From positions 480,001 to 544,000 of the forward strand of contig OY969554.1 of NCBI GenBank assembly GCA_963700985.1: a stretch of DNA of 64,000 nucleotides, written 5' to 3'. The translations under genes were made by a program, and so were the position numbers. Below the pieces are notes generated by a model. It did no database searches. It had not been told where the DNA came from and saw nothing but the letters and a program-made list of their open reading frames with translations. Shown piece after piece: positions 40,752 through 50,784 of this stretch; the first letter of the stretch is position 1; every line of letters begins with the position of its first letter. The stretch comes from an uncultured Chlamydiales bacterium. GTDB lineage: Bacteria; Chlamydiota; Chlamydiia; Chlamydiales; Rhabdochlamydiaceae.

Positions 40752-41528
40752 TTAAGGAGCTATCCCTGCTGCAACATTGAATTTCAAGACCCAAGTGTTA
40801 ATTTCCGGATCTGCGTGTTGTTTTGCCCAGTTTTTTATCGCTCTAAACTCTCTAGGACTTACCTCATCCTGTTTTAATAATCCTTCAATCACAAAAAGCT
40901 CATTGCTGAGTTCCTGCTTATTTGTTTCATACAATCCATCAAGCTCTGAAATACTTGGCAGAAACTGATTGTAACTTTTTGTTTTTGTCGGAGAAACCGT
41001 GATGCGTTCTAGACTTCTTTTAGAAGGTAACTGCGCTGAAAAATCATCCAACGTAGGTTGTGTTTTAGAGGCACATCCCTCGCGTTCCTCCGCAATTTCC
41101 CATGGTCGTTTAAGATGATGAACCGGAGACAATTTACGCTCGAAAGGAACAGGAGCTTCTTCTATATTTTGGGGAATATCTCCTAAAATATGCTCTCTAG
41201 AAATCTCTGCAGATGGTAACTGAGAACCGCTTAATACTGACTTAGCTGAGCGTATTGCCAAAGCTGCGCCTGCATTCACAGCCCTTATTGTTAGTGTAGC
41301 GGTCACTGATATTGCAAAAACCCCCACCGCTTGCCTTACTTTATTACCTCGAAGGATAAATATACCCATGGCTCCCGCATAGGGAATACACACAGGTACT
41401 ACGTGCTTTGCCAGGCTGCCCATCACATTTTCAGCCTTATCAACCATAAGTGTTTCGAATTTCCCACAGTGACTGTCGATTGTCGTGAAAACTGTTTTGA
41501 GTTTACCTGTTATTGCTGCCGCTGCCAT
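40752..41528 (-). CDS. Hypothetical protein with an N-terminal hydrophobic hairpin (Inc-like)
   Basis: Two adjacent hydrophobic segments followed by a polar tail; GAGG RBS. Confidence 0.6.
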   Translation of the reverse strand: MAAAAITGKLKTVFTTIDSHCGKFETLMVDKAENVMGSLAKHVVPVCIPYAGAMGIFILRGNKVRQAVGVFAISVTATLTIRAVNAGAALAIRSAKSVLSGSQLPSAEISREHILGDIPQNIEEAPVPFERKLSPVHHLKRPWEIAEEREGCASKTQPTLDDFSAQLPSKRSLERITVSPTKTKSYNQFLPSISELDGLYETNKQELSNELFVIEGLLKQDEVSPREFRAIKNWAKQHADPEINTWVLKFNVAAGIAP

Positions 41529-41601
41529 GATTTCCTCGCTAGATTTGATCTTGAATAAGAAAGCGCAAGAAAGATAGCAGACAGGTTTTCTATCCTCAAA
41601 T

Positions 41602-41635
41602 AAAAAAAGCTTCTTCCAGTGAAGGAAGAAGCTTT
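41602..41635 (-). terminator. Intrinsic terminator of the 41664-42293 gene
   Basis: AAGCTTCTTCC...GGAAGAAGCTT stem with an A-tract on + (U-tract on -). Confidence 0.7.
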
Positions 41636-41663
41636 AATGCTTTAAAAAGTGAAGAGGAGAAAT

Positions 41664-42293
41664 TTAGGAGATTGGGATTCTTGGTGTAAATTGTTCATCG
41701 GTATCTCTTCTCACAGGAAACGATTTGTCAGGCTGCAATTCGCTTCTTAGTTTTATGGGTCGATTTGAGTTTTTAGAGACAGTGACCATATTAACAGCAC
41801 GTTTACGTTGAGGTCTTTCAGGCAACCTCGTGCGTACCACTTCGACTTCTTCAACAGCAGGTCTAACTGCTTTTGTTGTTTTAGGCTCTGCGGGCGTTTC
41901 ATCTTCAGGAACAATCAAATCCTCAAATTCGAAAAAGGCTTGATTTGCGAGTTTTAATACCACTTCATCAGGATTTGATTTAACAATCGTCAGACGAAGT
42001 TGTGGAAGTGGGCGCAAAATGAGTACTTCAGCATCTGGGTGCAAAATAGCATCTAACGTTACACGAACTGATTGCGCGTTTCTTCTCACAAATTTTGCAT
42101 AATATTCAGAGTCAGCCCATTTTACTGCGCTAAGCAGATTGTTCTTGCAGCTTGTAGATAGAAGGGATGAGCATTTATTAGTTAACCAGTGGAGAACAGA
42201 AGCCAGCATCGTCCATTTCTTTTTAGGTTGCACAATAGAGTGCACAGGAAGAGATGCTATCAACTTATTTACGTTATTATTGATTGAACTCAT
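41664..42293 (-). CDS. Hypothetical protein
   Basis: 209 aa ORF, GGAG RBS, followed by a terminator. Confidence 0.65.
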   Translation of the reverse strand: MSSINNNVNKLIASLPVHSIVQPKKKWTMLASVLHWLTNKCSSLLSTSCKNNLLSAVKWADSEYYAKFVRRNAQSVRVTLDAILHPDAEVLILRPLPQLRLTIVKSNPDEVVLKLANQAFFEFEDLIVPEDETPAEPKTTKAVRPAVEEVEVVRTRLPERPQRKRAVNMVTVSKNSNRPIKLRSELQPDKSFPVRRDTDEQFTPRIPIS

Positions 42294-42402
42294 ATTATCT
42301 CCAATATACTGTTAAATTATAAATATAATTATATATCTAATTTTAATTTTATTCAATTAATATATTTATAACGTAATACGCTAAAAATAAGAGATTTAGC
42401 CT

Positions 42403-43197
42403 TTAAACAAAGAACATCACAAGGCCAACAAGGATTAAAACAACGCCGAAAAGGCGTCGGAGTAGGGGAGGGGAGAGTTTTTGAGTTAAAAATGCACCAT
42501 AAACAGCTGAAATAGAAGATGTTATGCCAATTACAATAAAAGCTGGCAGATAGATAAACCCAATTGTATGAGGTGCAGCCACTTCACCTAAGCCAAAGTA
42601 CAGGTAGAAAAGAGCCCCAAAAAAGGTGATCACAAACCCTGTAGCCGCCGAGGTGCCTATTGCGCGCCTTTCTGGGATATGATGATATAAAAGTGTGGGA
42701 ACGGTGATTACACCTCCCCCAATACCCAGGATGTTAGAAATGAAGGCTATGGTTAACCCATAAAGGCTGAGCTTTGCTTTATTGGGGGTTTTCTGTCTCG
42801 ATGCCTTGAGCAAGAAAAAAGGGTGAAGAAATTGAATACCCAATAAGCAGGCAAAAATCCCAAATAAGAGCTCTAAGAACAAGCTGGATAACAAATCGCC
42901 AAAATAAGCTCCCAAAAGTGACCCTAGGATAATTCCAGGTAGCATCCCTTTAAAAAGATCCCACAGAATAGCCTTTTTCTTCGAATGGGCCAAAGTGGAA
43001 GAGAATGTATTAAACACCATGGCGGCAAGCGAAGTGCCAATGGCCACTTGCATAGAGAAAGCCAGCGGAAAATCTAATAGGCGAAAAATAAAAAATAAAC
43101 AGGGGACAGTAACTACCCCACCGCTTATTCCTAACAGCCCAGCCAAGAGCCCTGAGATGCTGCCGAGTATGGCATATAAGATAATCGCTAATATCAC
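42403..43197 (-). CDS. TauE/SafE (sulfite exporter family) membrane protein
   Basis: GLLGISGGVVTVP, AIGTSLA, LGIGGG..TVP; GAGG RBS before GTG. Confidence 0.88.
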   Translation of the reverse strand: MILAIILYAILGSISGLLAGLLGISGGVVTVPCLFFIFRLLDFPLAFSMQVAIGTSLAAMVFNTFSSTLAHSKKKAILWDLFKGMLPGIILGSLLGAYFGDLLSSLFLELLFGIFACLLGIQFLHPFFLLKASRQKTPNKAKLSLYGLTIAFISNILGIGGGVITVPTLLYHHIPERRAIGTSAATGFVITFFGALFYLYFGLGEVAAPHTIGFIYLPAFIVIGITSSISAVYGAFLTQKLSPPLLRRLFGVVLILVGLVMFFV

Positions 43198-43329
43198 GGG
43201 GGTTCCTCATATCTCGTTAATCTTTATCTTGTTGCTATAGCAGATTCGGCATTTCATTCAAAATATATTTATTGATTTATAATTTAAATTAATATATAAT
43301 TATTTTTATAATTTAATAACAAGGTAGTT

Positions 43330-43836
43330 ATGAGCGCAAAATTAACAAACAGTGGAATTACTGTTTATTTAGAAGCTTTTGCTTTTCCTACAACCAGACA
43401 ATATGAACATGTTGCCAACCCAGGCCGGAAAAGTTCGTTTAGACATATCGTCACTGCCATAGAAGTCGATCTTAGACCAAGCCAGTTAATCGTATCGATA
43501 GGAAAGCAAATTCCTCTGGCTACGTTTGCAAGCGAGGTTTACCGCTTCTTCATATCTGCTCTTCTAAGTTTGTCTTTTAAAGGAACCAAGTCTGCCGCTT
43601 GGGCGGAAAGAGAGCTCGCAGTTATAGCTAAAAATGAACTGCAAAAATTTTATCTCCATCACCGAGATGAATTAGACACAAGTCGAGCAGGGGATTTAGA
43701 TGCACAAGGCCAAGTCGTGCACTTTCGTTATATCGTAAGTAAAACCAACACAGGAATTTTGCGATCTGTCGATGTATATCGTCACTTGCAAAACATTCAA
43801 ACCCACGCACTTTGCACGCACAAAACAGCCAAGTGA
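43330..43836 (+). CDS. Hypothetical protein
   Basis: 168 aa ORF with AAGG RBS. Confidence 0.55.
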   Translation: MSAKLTNSGITVYLEAFAFPTTRQYEHVANPGRKSSFRHIVTAIEVDLRPSQLIVSIGKQIPLATFASEVYRFFISALLSLSFKGTKSAAWAERELAVIAKNELQKFYLHHRDELDTSRAGDLDAQGQVVHFRYIVSKTNTGILRSVDVYRHLQNIQTHALCTHKTAK

Positions 43837-43934
43837 TCAGCCTCAATCTCAGCTGGTAAGAACCAATAAAAAAATCGTTTTTTAATTTGTGACTGTCTTA
43901 TATTAAGCCCCTTAATACACAGGAGCTTTAAGTT

Positions 43935-44732
43935 ATGACAGCAATCTCAGGATCTGGGTTAAGTAAAAAAAGGCCCTTCGACTCGGATATTCCTAATGAA
44001 ATGCCTAGAAAGCTGCTCAAGACCAACAATGGAAGTTCATCTGATGTGACTTGTCAGCCCACTTCTCCTTGGCATATTTCCGGGTTGTGCCAGATGCTTG
44101 TTTCCCTCTCAGCTCCTAGAACAGGTTTCTTTGTTGCTTGCCTTTTTTATCCCGAACAAGAAAGCCGCGACATCTTCCGAAGAGCCCTCAAAAATTATAC
44201 TGTTATGGATCTTTCTTGCCAGTCGCAACTCAAAGATATTCATTCTGAAATGTATCAACGCAAACTCAGCAGCTTCCAAATATGCACGCAATATTTAGAT
44301 ATGTTAACAACGCCCACACAAATACCTAAATTGCGCGAATTTGCCTTTGATCTCCTCGACACTCGAACAATTAGAGACTTTGCTGCTAATATTGATGGGC
44401 TGAGGTTAGTGCAAGCGCATCTTGGAGTTCGAGAACAGGCTGCAGCAGTAACAGGCGATCAGGCAGTCTTGCAGTTTTATCAAGGAATAAGATGCGAATT
44501 CGGTCTTGGTGCTGCAAAAAGCGACACTGCCGCCCACGTACATTTTAAAAATGCAGCCGAGGGTGGAAATGCTGACGGGCAATTTAAATGGGGAAAAATA
44601 TGCGATTACTCGCTTAGGTCCCGCGATGCCAATCATTGGTACTATATGGCTGCTCAGCAAAAGCATGCAAAAGCGATTATCGCCTTAGAAGTGCTTCAAA
44701 GAGCACAGCCTTATCTTCGAAGATTCCGTTAG
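43935..44732 (+). CDS. Sel1-like repeat protein
   Basis: GLGAAKSDTAAHVHFKNAAEGGNADGQFKWG, WYYMAAQQKHAKA; basic N-terminal KKRP. Confidence 0.75.
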   Translation: MTAISGSGLSKKRPFDSDIPNEMPRKLLKTNNGSSSDVTCQPTSPWHISGLCQMLVSLSAPRTGFFVACLFYPEQESRDIFRRALKNYTVMDLSCQSQLKDIHSEMYQRKLSSFQICTQYLDMLTTPTQIPKLREFAFDLLDTRTIRDFAANIDGLRLVQAHLGVREQAAAVTGDQAVLQFYQGIRCEFGLGAAKSDTAAHVHFKNAAEGGNADGQFKWGKICDYSLRSRDANHWYYMAAQQKHAKAIIALEVLQRAQPYLRRFR

Positions 44733-44735
44733 GCG

Positions 44736-45704
44736 TTACTTTGTAATCAGAAGAACTTTTCCTGAAGTTTTTCTCTCTTCAAGTTTCTGATGAGCCTCAG
44801 ACGCTTTTTCTAGAGGAAAAGTCTGATCTATTCGCAATTTTAACCAACCCTTCTGAATCCCTTCCAAGACTGCTTTGGCACGTTTAAACTGCTCTTCTGG
44901 GGTCGAAATGTAGTTATATAAACTTCCGCCGGAGATCGTCAGAGAAGAGCCCATTAAAGCATTTGGTGAAATGGGATCTGCAGGACCACTTGCAGCGCCA
45001 AAGATCACAATATTTCCACGAAGGGCAGCTGCTTTCAAATTTCCAGGAAAAGTAGTTTTACCAACGCCATCGATGATGAGATCTGCGCCATGCTCATTGG
45101 TTAAGCGTTTAACCTCTGTCACAAAATCTTGTTTGGTGTAGAGAATCACTTCGTCTGCACCCGCATCTTTGGCAATCTTAGCTTTTTCTTCCGAGGAAGT
45201 AGTGCCTAAAACTCTTGCTCCAAGATGCTTTGCCCATTGAACCAGCAAAAGTCCCATTCCACCAGCGGCAGCATGAATTAACACGACATCATTGGCTTTT
45301 ATCTTGCGAAATTCATGAATTAGATAATGCGCTGTCATGCCTTGCAAAGGAAATGCGGCTGCCTGTTCAAAAGAGAGTTCAGCAGGAATTGGAATCAAGC
45401 GTTCGGCGTTAAGTATGATCTGCTGCGCATATGTGCCAGGTTCATGCACAAAGGCCACGCGATCTCCAGCTTTGACGTTTTTAACATCCGGGCCAACTGA
45501 TTCAACAACACCTGCACCTTCAAGACCTAAGATAAAGGGGAGTTTTACTGGATAAATTCCACGCCGTTGATAGGTGTCGACAAAGTTAACTCCAGCCACT
45601 TCTACCCGGATCAAGGCTTGCCCTTGAGCTGGTTTTCCTATCTGAACTTCACAAATCTTAAGGACTTCTGGTCCACCATACTGAGCTATCTGAATTGCTT
45701 GCAT
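44736..45704 (-). CDS. qor: NADPH:quinone oxidoreductase (MDR family)
   Basis: GGPEVL, GVNFVD, GLEGAG, HAAAGGMG, DGVGK. Confidence 0.9.
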   Translation of the reverse strand: MQAIQIAQYGGPEVLKICEVQIGKPAQGQALIRVEVAGVNFVDTYQRRGIYPVKLPFILGLEGAGVVESVGPDVKNVKAGDRVAFVHEPGTYAQQIILNAERLIPIPAELSFEQAAAFPLQGMTAHYLIHEFRKIKANDVVLIHAAAGGMGLLLVQWAKHLGARVLGTTSSEEKAKIAKDAGADEVILYTKQDFVTEVKRLTNEHGADLIIDGVGKTTFPGNLKAAALRGNIVIFGAASGPADPISPNALMGSSLTISGGSLYNYISTPEEQFKRAKAVLEGIQKGWLKLRIDQTFPLEKASEAHQKLEERKTSGKVLLITK

Positions 45705-45814
45705 GCAACCTCTCTGCTGCATAAAAAATTTTACACAAAAATAAGAAAAATTTTGACTTTTTTAGATGTCAATCGTAAATTTGAGCTCCTTAACAAACTC
45801 TTAATGGAGATCTT

Positions 45815-47179
45815 ATGGCCCTATCACCTGTTGCGCGTTTAGAAAGTCCTCTTTGTGCAGTAATCCCACCTTATATGCAAGATAGACTTATTCAATATTA
45901 TGAGGAGATAGAAAAGGATTCACGTGATTATAAATACGGAGCAGTTGCCGGATCCTCTAAATCTGAAGATGATTCAAGATTAAGACTGCAAAGTCTTTCA
46001 AATAAAACTGTGCGTGCGTTAAGAGCAGAAAAAGCTCCGTCGGAGGGTGCATCTCATTCGAGGAACGTTCATGATTTTCGCCATGGGGCCCATTTTGCAA
46101 CCCGCTCTTTAAAACCATCTCCACGTGAAGTATGGGATGCTTCAAATGCAACTGAAACATTGGTTCTGTCTTCAGAAAAAGTTTTGCCTGGAGTAGTACC
46201 TGATGCAGAGGCTCACGCATGTTTTACTAACACCGAGACCACTGATAAATTCTTCCGCAATACGTTTAAAATCTACTGCGTGAATACAGCTACTAAGAGC
46301 ATGAAAGCCTACACACACTATGCTTCTGCCTACAATAATGCATTTTGGCATCCAGTGCATGAGAAGATCTTTTTCGGAAACGTGGATAACAAAGTTTTTA
46401 ACCCTTTTGTATTGAACCAAGATGTGACTATTCACGAATTTGGACATGCCGCAGTTCATTACTATTCCAAGGCCGATCTAAACTATGAAAATCAAAGCGG
46501 TGCACTGAATGAATCTATCTCCGATGTGTTTGCTGCAATTCTTAAGCAAAATCAAGCGGCAGCTATGGGAGTCTCCATCAGAGAGGCGGATTGGACAATA
46601 GGAAACAGATTGATTGTGGCTACAGATTTGAAAAATGGAACGGCTTTACGTTCGATGAGCAATCCTGGAAAAGCATTTGTAAATCACCCTATTCTTAAGT
46701 CAGATGCGCAAGTTGGGAATATGCACGACTATATAAATGCGCCTAATGATGAAGCAGGGGATTGGGGAGGTGTGCACCTAAATTCTGGCATCCCCAATGC
46801 TGTTTTCTATAATGCAGCTATGGATATAGGCGAGTATCCCCTCCAAAAAATAGCCGAAACTTGGTTCAAAGCTACGCAAAACGTAGCGCCAAACGATACT
46901 TTTGCTATCTTTGCGGCAAGAACAATACAAGCAGCTCAGTATCTGAAATATGGCCCTGAGATAACCAACGCAATAGCTAAAGCTTGGGGTATTGCAGGAG
47001 TAAATCCAGAAATTCATAGAGCGCCTATGATAGCTTCAGATTCAAGAACATCTCTCCTCCCATTTCAAACTAGATTGCCGATGATTCTTGGCGCTGCTGT
47101 ATTGGGAGCCGGAGTACTTGCTCTCTCTTGGTCAACTCTAACAAAGAAAAATACACCTGAACCAACTACGCTCGTTTGA
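45815..47179 (+). CDS. M4 (thermolysin/protealysin-like) metalloprotease with a C-terminal transmembrane segment
   Basis: NNAFW, HEFGH, GALNESISD, GVHLNSGIPN; propeptide CAVIPPYM. Confidence 0.88.
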   Translation: MALSPVARLESPLCAVIPPYMQDRLIQYYEEIEKDSRDYKYGAVAGSSKSEDDSRLRLQSLSNKTVRALRAEKAPSEGASHSRNVHDFRHGAHFATRSLKPSPREVWDASNATETLVLSSEKVLPGVVPDAEAHACFTNTETTDKFFRNTFKIYCVNTATKSMKAYTHYASAYNNAFWHPVHEKIFFGNVDNKVFNPFVLNQDVTIHEFGHAAVHYYSKADLNYENQSGALNESISDVFAAILKQNQAAAMGVSIREADWTIGNRLIVATDLKNGTALRSMSNPGKAFVNHPILKSDAQVGNMHDYINAPNDEAGDWGGVHLNSGIPNAVFYNAAMDIGEYPLQKIAETWFKATQNVAPNDTFAIFAARTIQAAQYLKYGPEITNAIAKAWGIAGVNPEIHRAPMIASDSRTSLLPFQTRLPMILGAAVLGAGVLALSWSTLTKKNTPEPTTLV

Positions 47180-47288
47180 AACTTGAAATTTAAAGCGAAG
47201 AGACGTAACCATACATAATGGTGTTAGTAGGCTTGATCCTATTAACACCACTTAGTTCACGAATTTGGTCAATCTCAAGGAGGCCTTT

Positions 47289-47948
47289 ATGGTAACGCGA
47301 GTTCCTTCCTCAGTAATCGTCCCAATAGATTCTTCGTTACTTAAGGAAATCGATTTTTCTTTGATTAAGGAAATCGATTTTTCTTTGATACAGCTGCGTA
47401 AAGCAGCAGATAGCGGAGATGCAGATGCACAATATAAACTAGGTGTCAGATATGAAAAAGGAGAAGGTGTTTCTGCTGATCCCGTTGAAGCTGCAAAATG
47501 GTATAAATTGGCTGCTGATCAAGGAAATACCTTAGCCGCGCAAGCCCTCGCAGCGCTAACTATCGCTCACCCGGAAATTGGCAAAAATCCTCAATCCGCA
47601 GAACACAAGGTCTCAATTAGAGACATTAGTGCGAGTGATACTGGTTTGCATATAACACTCCATCGTCCAGCTAGTAATATAATCGGACCTGATATGAGTT
47701 CGAAGCTTGAAGATCATTATAAGCGCTCATCTGATGCTGCCGATCGTTCTAAAGCAGTGCACCAATCTGCCTCAAACACATTCGCTGCAGATGCAAGAAA
47801 ACTCAGGAAACATTTTAAAGCCCAAGACTCTGCTGCGGCTAGCGATTACAATTTACTTAAAAAAAATCTCGCAATAGGCGGAGTTCTGGGTCTTACCGGG
47901 CTTGCATTTCTAGCCAAATCCTTCTTCAAACGTAAAGAGACACTCTAA
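47289..47948 (+). CDS. Sel1-repeat protein with a C-terminal hydrophobic tail
   Basis: AQYKLGVRYEKGEGV..DPVEAAKWYKLAADQG; 24-bp tandem duplication at 47341-47388; AAGGAGG RBS. Confidence 0.8.
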   Translation: MVTRVPSSVIVPIDSSLLKEIDFSLIKEIDFSLIQLRKAADSGDADAQYKLGVRYEKGEGVSADPVEAAKWYKLAADQGNTLAAQALAALTIAHPEIGKNPQSAEHKVSIRDISASDTGLHITLHRPASNIIGPDMSSKLEDHYKRSSDAADRSKAVHQSASNTFAADARKLRKHFKAQDSAAASDYNLLKKNLAIGGVLGLTGLAFLAKSFFKRKETL

Positions 47949-47990
47949 GCGAGGGTGTACGCCTCATTCCTCAAAGCCAAAATCATCGCA

Positions 47991-48018
47991 ACGTCTGATA
48001 ATTGATCTTATGTTGTGA
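47991..48018 (+). other. Probable dif-like XerC/XerD recombination site
   Basis: ACGTCTGATAA-TTGATC-TTATGTTGTGA has the 11-6-11 layout with ATAA-N6-TTATGTT core. Confidence 0.65.
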
Positions 48019-48142
48019 ACAAGTGGGGGTAATGGGCTATACAGTCTAAGCGCTGTCCGTATCCTCCATTTCCTCGAACGCTTACTCGCGGAAAATTTCC
48101 TTATGGACTAAGATCTTTCAGAATATTGGATCTAAACATTCT

Positions 48143-49126
48143 ATGGCTGCAATCGCAAAAATAACTTCTGGAATTCCCCAACAGCCAACTTCTTCGATCA
48201 TCTCTTGCATAGGCCATCCAACGGCTACTAAAGCTCTTTCTATTTTAGTTCTTTCAAATTTGGTTCTTTCTTACCTCTCGCCAGGAAAAGATAGCGCAAA
48301 CGCTGCAGAAACATGTCGCGCATGGCGCTACCTAGCAAGAAAAAGTCTAGAGAGCAATGAGTTTTTTAAGATATTCCGTACAAGCTCTGAAGAGATGTTT
48401 CACCCCAGTACAGAGATATGAAAAGAAACCATACAAACTCAACGAATAGCTCGATTAAAGGCACTGGACCGATTCCCTAACCTGACGATTCTAAACTTGA
48501 AAGACTTGCGTGCGCTCTATCGAAGTGCAGATATTTACACCACGCTTTCGAGTTGTTTACGCATAACTGTTTTGATTTTGCCCGAGAAGTTGCAGGGGCA
48601 TAGCAAGCAGCAAGAGAACGCGATGGTGGAAATCGTACAAAAACTTCCTTCCAGATTGACTGGCTTAGACATTAGGCCCATAGATCCGCGTAATTTTTCT
48701 AGCGTTGCTATTTTAGCCAAATGCAAATTACCAAATTTGAGATGGTTAGGTGTCTCAGCTTATACATCAATTTGTAGTAGCATCGCCGCTAATTTTCCTC
48801 TTTTGGATACACTCGAAATTAATGAACCCGTCTCGCTAATCGACCTATTTACTCATCTTCCTCGTCTAATCAAGCTTCGGATTCATGGAGTATTTAAAAC
48901 TATAGATTTCGAAGCGCTTGTCGGGCACCGCCGAATGGATGAGTTAGATAAACTTAAAGCTCCTGAGAGCCTAAAACACATTGCACTCATAAACTGCCGC
49001 ATCACCGACCGAATTAAACTGATCTTTAAAAGGTCTGCAACTTTACAAGTGCTTGAGTTAATAGATTGTCCAGTTCAAGCCCGATTTACCCTCAAGTTGA
49101 GCAAAAATACGCTGATCGCAATATAA
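48143..49126 (+). pseudogene. F-box-like/LRR protein interrupted by an in-frame TGA at 48419-48421
   Basis: Frame continues EI*KETIQTQRIARLKALDRFPNLTILNLKDL into ORF 48497-49126; F-box-like VLSYL...TCRAWR. Confidence 0.75.
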
Positions 49127-49145
49127 TCATTTTAGATGGAGTCTT

Positions 49146-50003
49146 ATGACCAGCAGAACAAGATCCTGCACACCCGAGAGCGCTCTTGCCGCATTCAATT
49201 TTTATGATCAAGCGACGACACTGCCTAAGCAAGGTTTGCATCTTTATAATATGGGAAATGCGATCATCGAATGGACAGGGTTTGATGCGAGCATCATCAC
49301 TGTTTGCAGAGATTGGAAAGCTGTAGTCGAAAGATACCTTTTGCATAAATGGCAACAACGTACGGATAAATTTGATGTACAAAAACGCCAAATTAATCGT
49401 GCTAACATCTCCGATCGGAGTAATCCCTTCGCGCTATTTCGATTATTTAATGCAGCTCTTGAAAGGCAGTTGGATGATACAATATTGAAGCCGATTCGGG
49501 CGCGTTTTCAAGGCACACTTTCCATCGACAGATTTAATGTAATACATGACCAGATTTGCCTTGCTGAAGCAACGCAAAATCTGTGGATGGTTCTACAACA
49601 ACAAAATACTAAACTGCCCCAGCTACAATCTTATCTTTCGATAAAAGTTGAATTTTCTAATCCATCCTCTGCTCACCTTTTTAAAAATGTAAATAAGCTG
49701 AAAATGTTCGACATGGAGCTAACAGTTTTGCCCGATGAACTCTTCTCTTTAAGTGAGCTTACTTATCTAGATCTCTCCGAGAATGAACTCTCAGACCTAC
49801 CTGAAGAGATTACACAACTGCAGAAACTCACCTATCTAAATATCTCGGGCAATCCCATTCTTGATGAAAAATTTGAGAAGATTCGGCGAATTCTATCTCG
49901 AATTCCGACTCTTAAAGAGGTCATATTCGACGATGAAAAATTTAAGTTCGTTCCACAATTAACGAGTGCAAGCACACCGAGGTGCGCTTGCGTAATTCTT
50001 TAA
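49146..50003 (+). CDS. F-box-like/LRR protein ending in a CaaX motif
   Basis: VCRDWK; LPDELFSLSELTYLDLSENELSDLPEEITQLQKLTYLNISGN; ends RCACVIL*. Confidence 0.82.
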   Translation: MTSRTRSCTPESALAAFNFYDQATTLPKQGLHLYNMGNAIIEWTGFDASIITVCRDWKAVVERYLLHKWQQRTDKFDVQKRQINRANISDRSNPFALFRLFNAALERQLDDTILKPIRARFQGTLSIDRFNVIHDQICLAEATQNLWMVLQQQNTKLPQLQSYLSIKVEFSNPSSAHLFKNVNKLKMFDMELTVLPDELFSLSELTYLDLSENELSDLPEEITQLQKLTYLNISGNPILDEKFEKIRRILSRIPTLKEVIFDDEKFKFVPQLTSASTPRCACVIL

Positions 50004-50654
50004 CTACTCAATCTTCTCGAGAGCGACTTTCTCTTCGACATTTTCTATTGTATTGATGAAGCTAAGTGGTGTCTTGCCATCCTTTGACAGAAGCGTAACG
50101 GTTAGCGTCTCTTTTACTGCATCTCTTGGCACAAAGACCACGCGGTGAAAAGTAGAATAAGGAGCGATCTCCTCATCTTTATCTTTTACGGCTTTGGCAC
50201 CATAATCTTTACGCATTTTAAGATGAGATTTGAGTTCGTAGATCCCATCAAGCGTGCTTGGAATCATAAAGGGCCAGAAAAAGAGACTGGCTACTTTTAG
50301 ACCAATGGATCTTGGCAATGCTTTTTTTGAAACAGCAAAGGCCACCTTAGCCACTGAAGCGCTAGGCAAGCTAACCCCTTCTTTCGAAAAGTTGTAAGAA
50401 TCGCCCGTGTTGTTCTGGATCGTGATTTGAATCGGTTGAAAGCCTGAACTCATGAGATTGCGGTTAAGATATTCCTTACTCTCATCGGGAGTATATTTTT
50501 TAGCCGTCACATTCAAACCCTTAGCTTCCTCAGAAAATGCGGGTGCGACTGTTTCGAGTTTTGCCATGGCGCTATGATCATAGCTCTCAAAGCTCGTTAG
50601 AATAGTTGCAAGACCAAGTAATGTAACAACACTAATTACAAATCTCTTTTTCAT
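50004..50654 (-). CDS. Exported hypothetical protein
   Basis: Signal-peptide-like MKKRFVISVVTLLGLA. Confidence 0.7.
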   Translation of the reverse strand: MKKRFVISVVTLLGLATILTSFESYDHSAMAKLETVAPAFSEEAKGLNVTAKKYTPDESKEYLNRNLMSSGFQPIQITIQNNTGDSYNFSKEGVSLPSASVAKVAFAVSKKALPRSIGLKVASLFFWPFMIPSTLDGIYELKSHLKMRKDYGAKAVKDKDEEIAPYSTFHRVVFVPRDAVKETLTVTLLSKDGKTPLSFINTIENVEEKVALEKIE

Positions 50655-50784
50655 AAAACCCCTTATTAGTTATTTGCAATAATATAACTACATAGGCAGT
50701 TTTAATCAATTAATCAAATTAAAACAAATCAATGTAAATTCGCGAACAAATTAAAAAATTAATTTGAGTAACTAAGAATGCTGG

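Noticed and set aside
43197-43210. Phase-variable C-tract frameshift at the TauE gene start
   Set aside because: The run is only five C, and the GTG at 43197 has its own GAGG RBS, so no frameshift is needed
3624-48421. Genome-wide stop codon reassignment (TGA or TAG as sense)
   Set aside because: Conserved genes end at TGA or TAG at their expected C-termini (trmB, the IMPDH-family gene, smpB, leuS) and Trp is encoded by TGG
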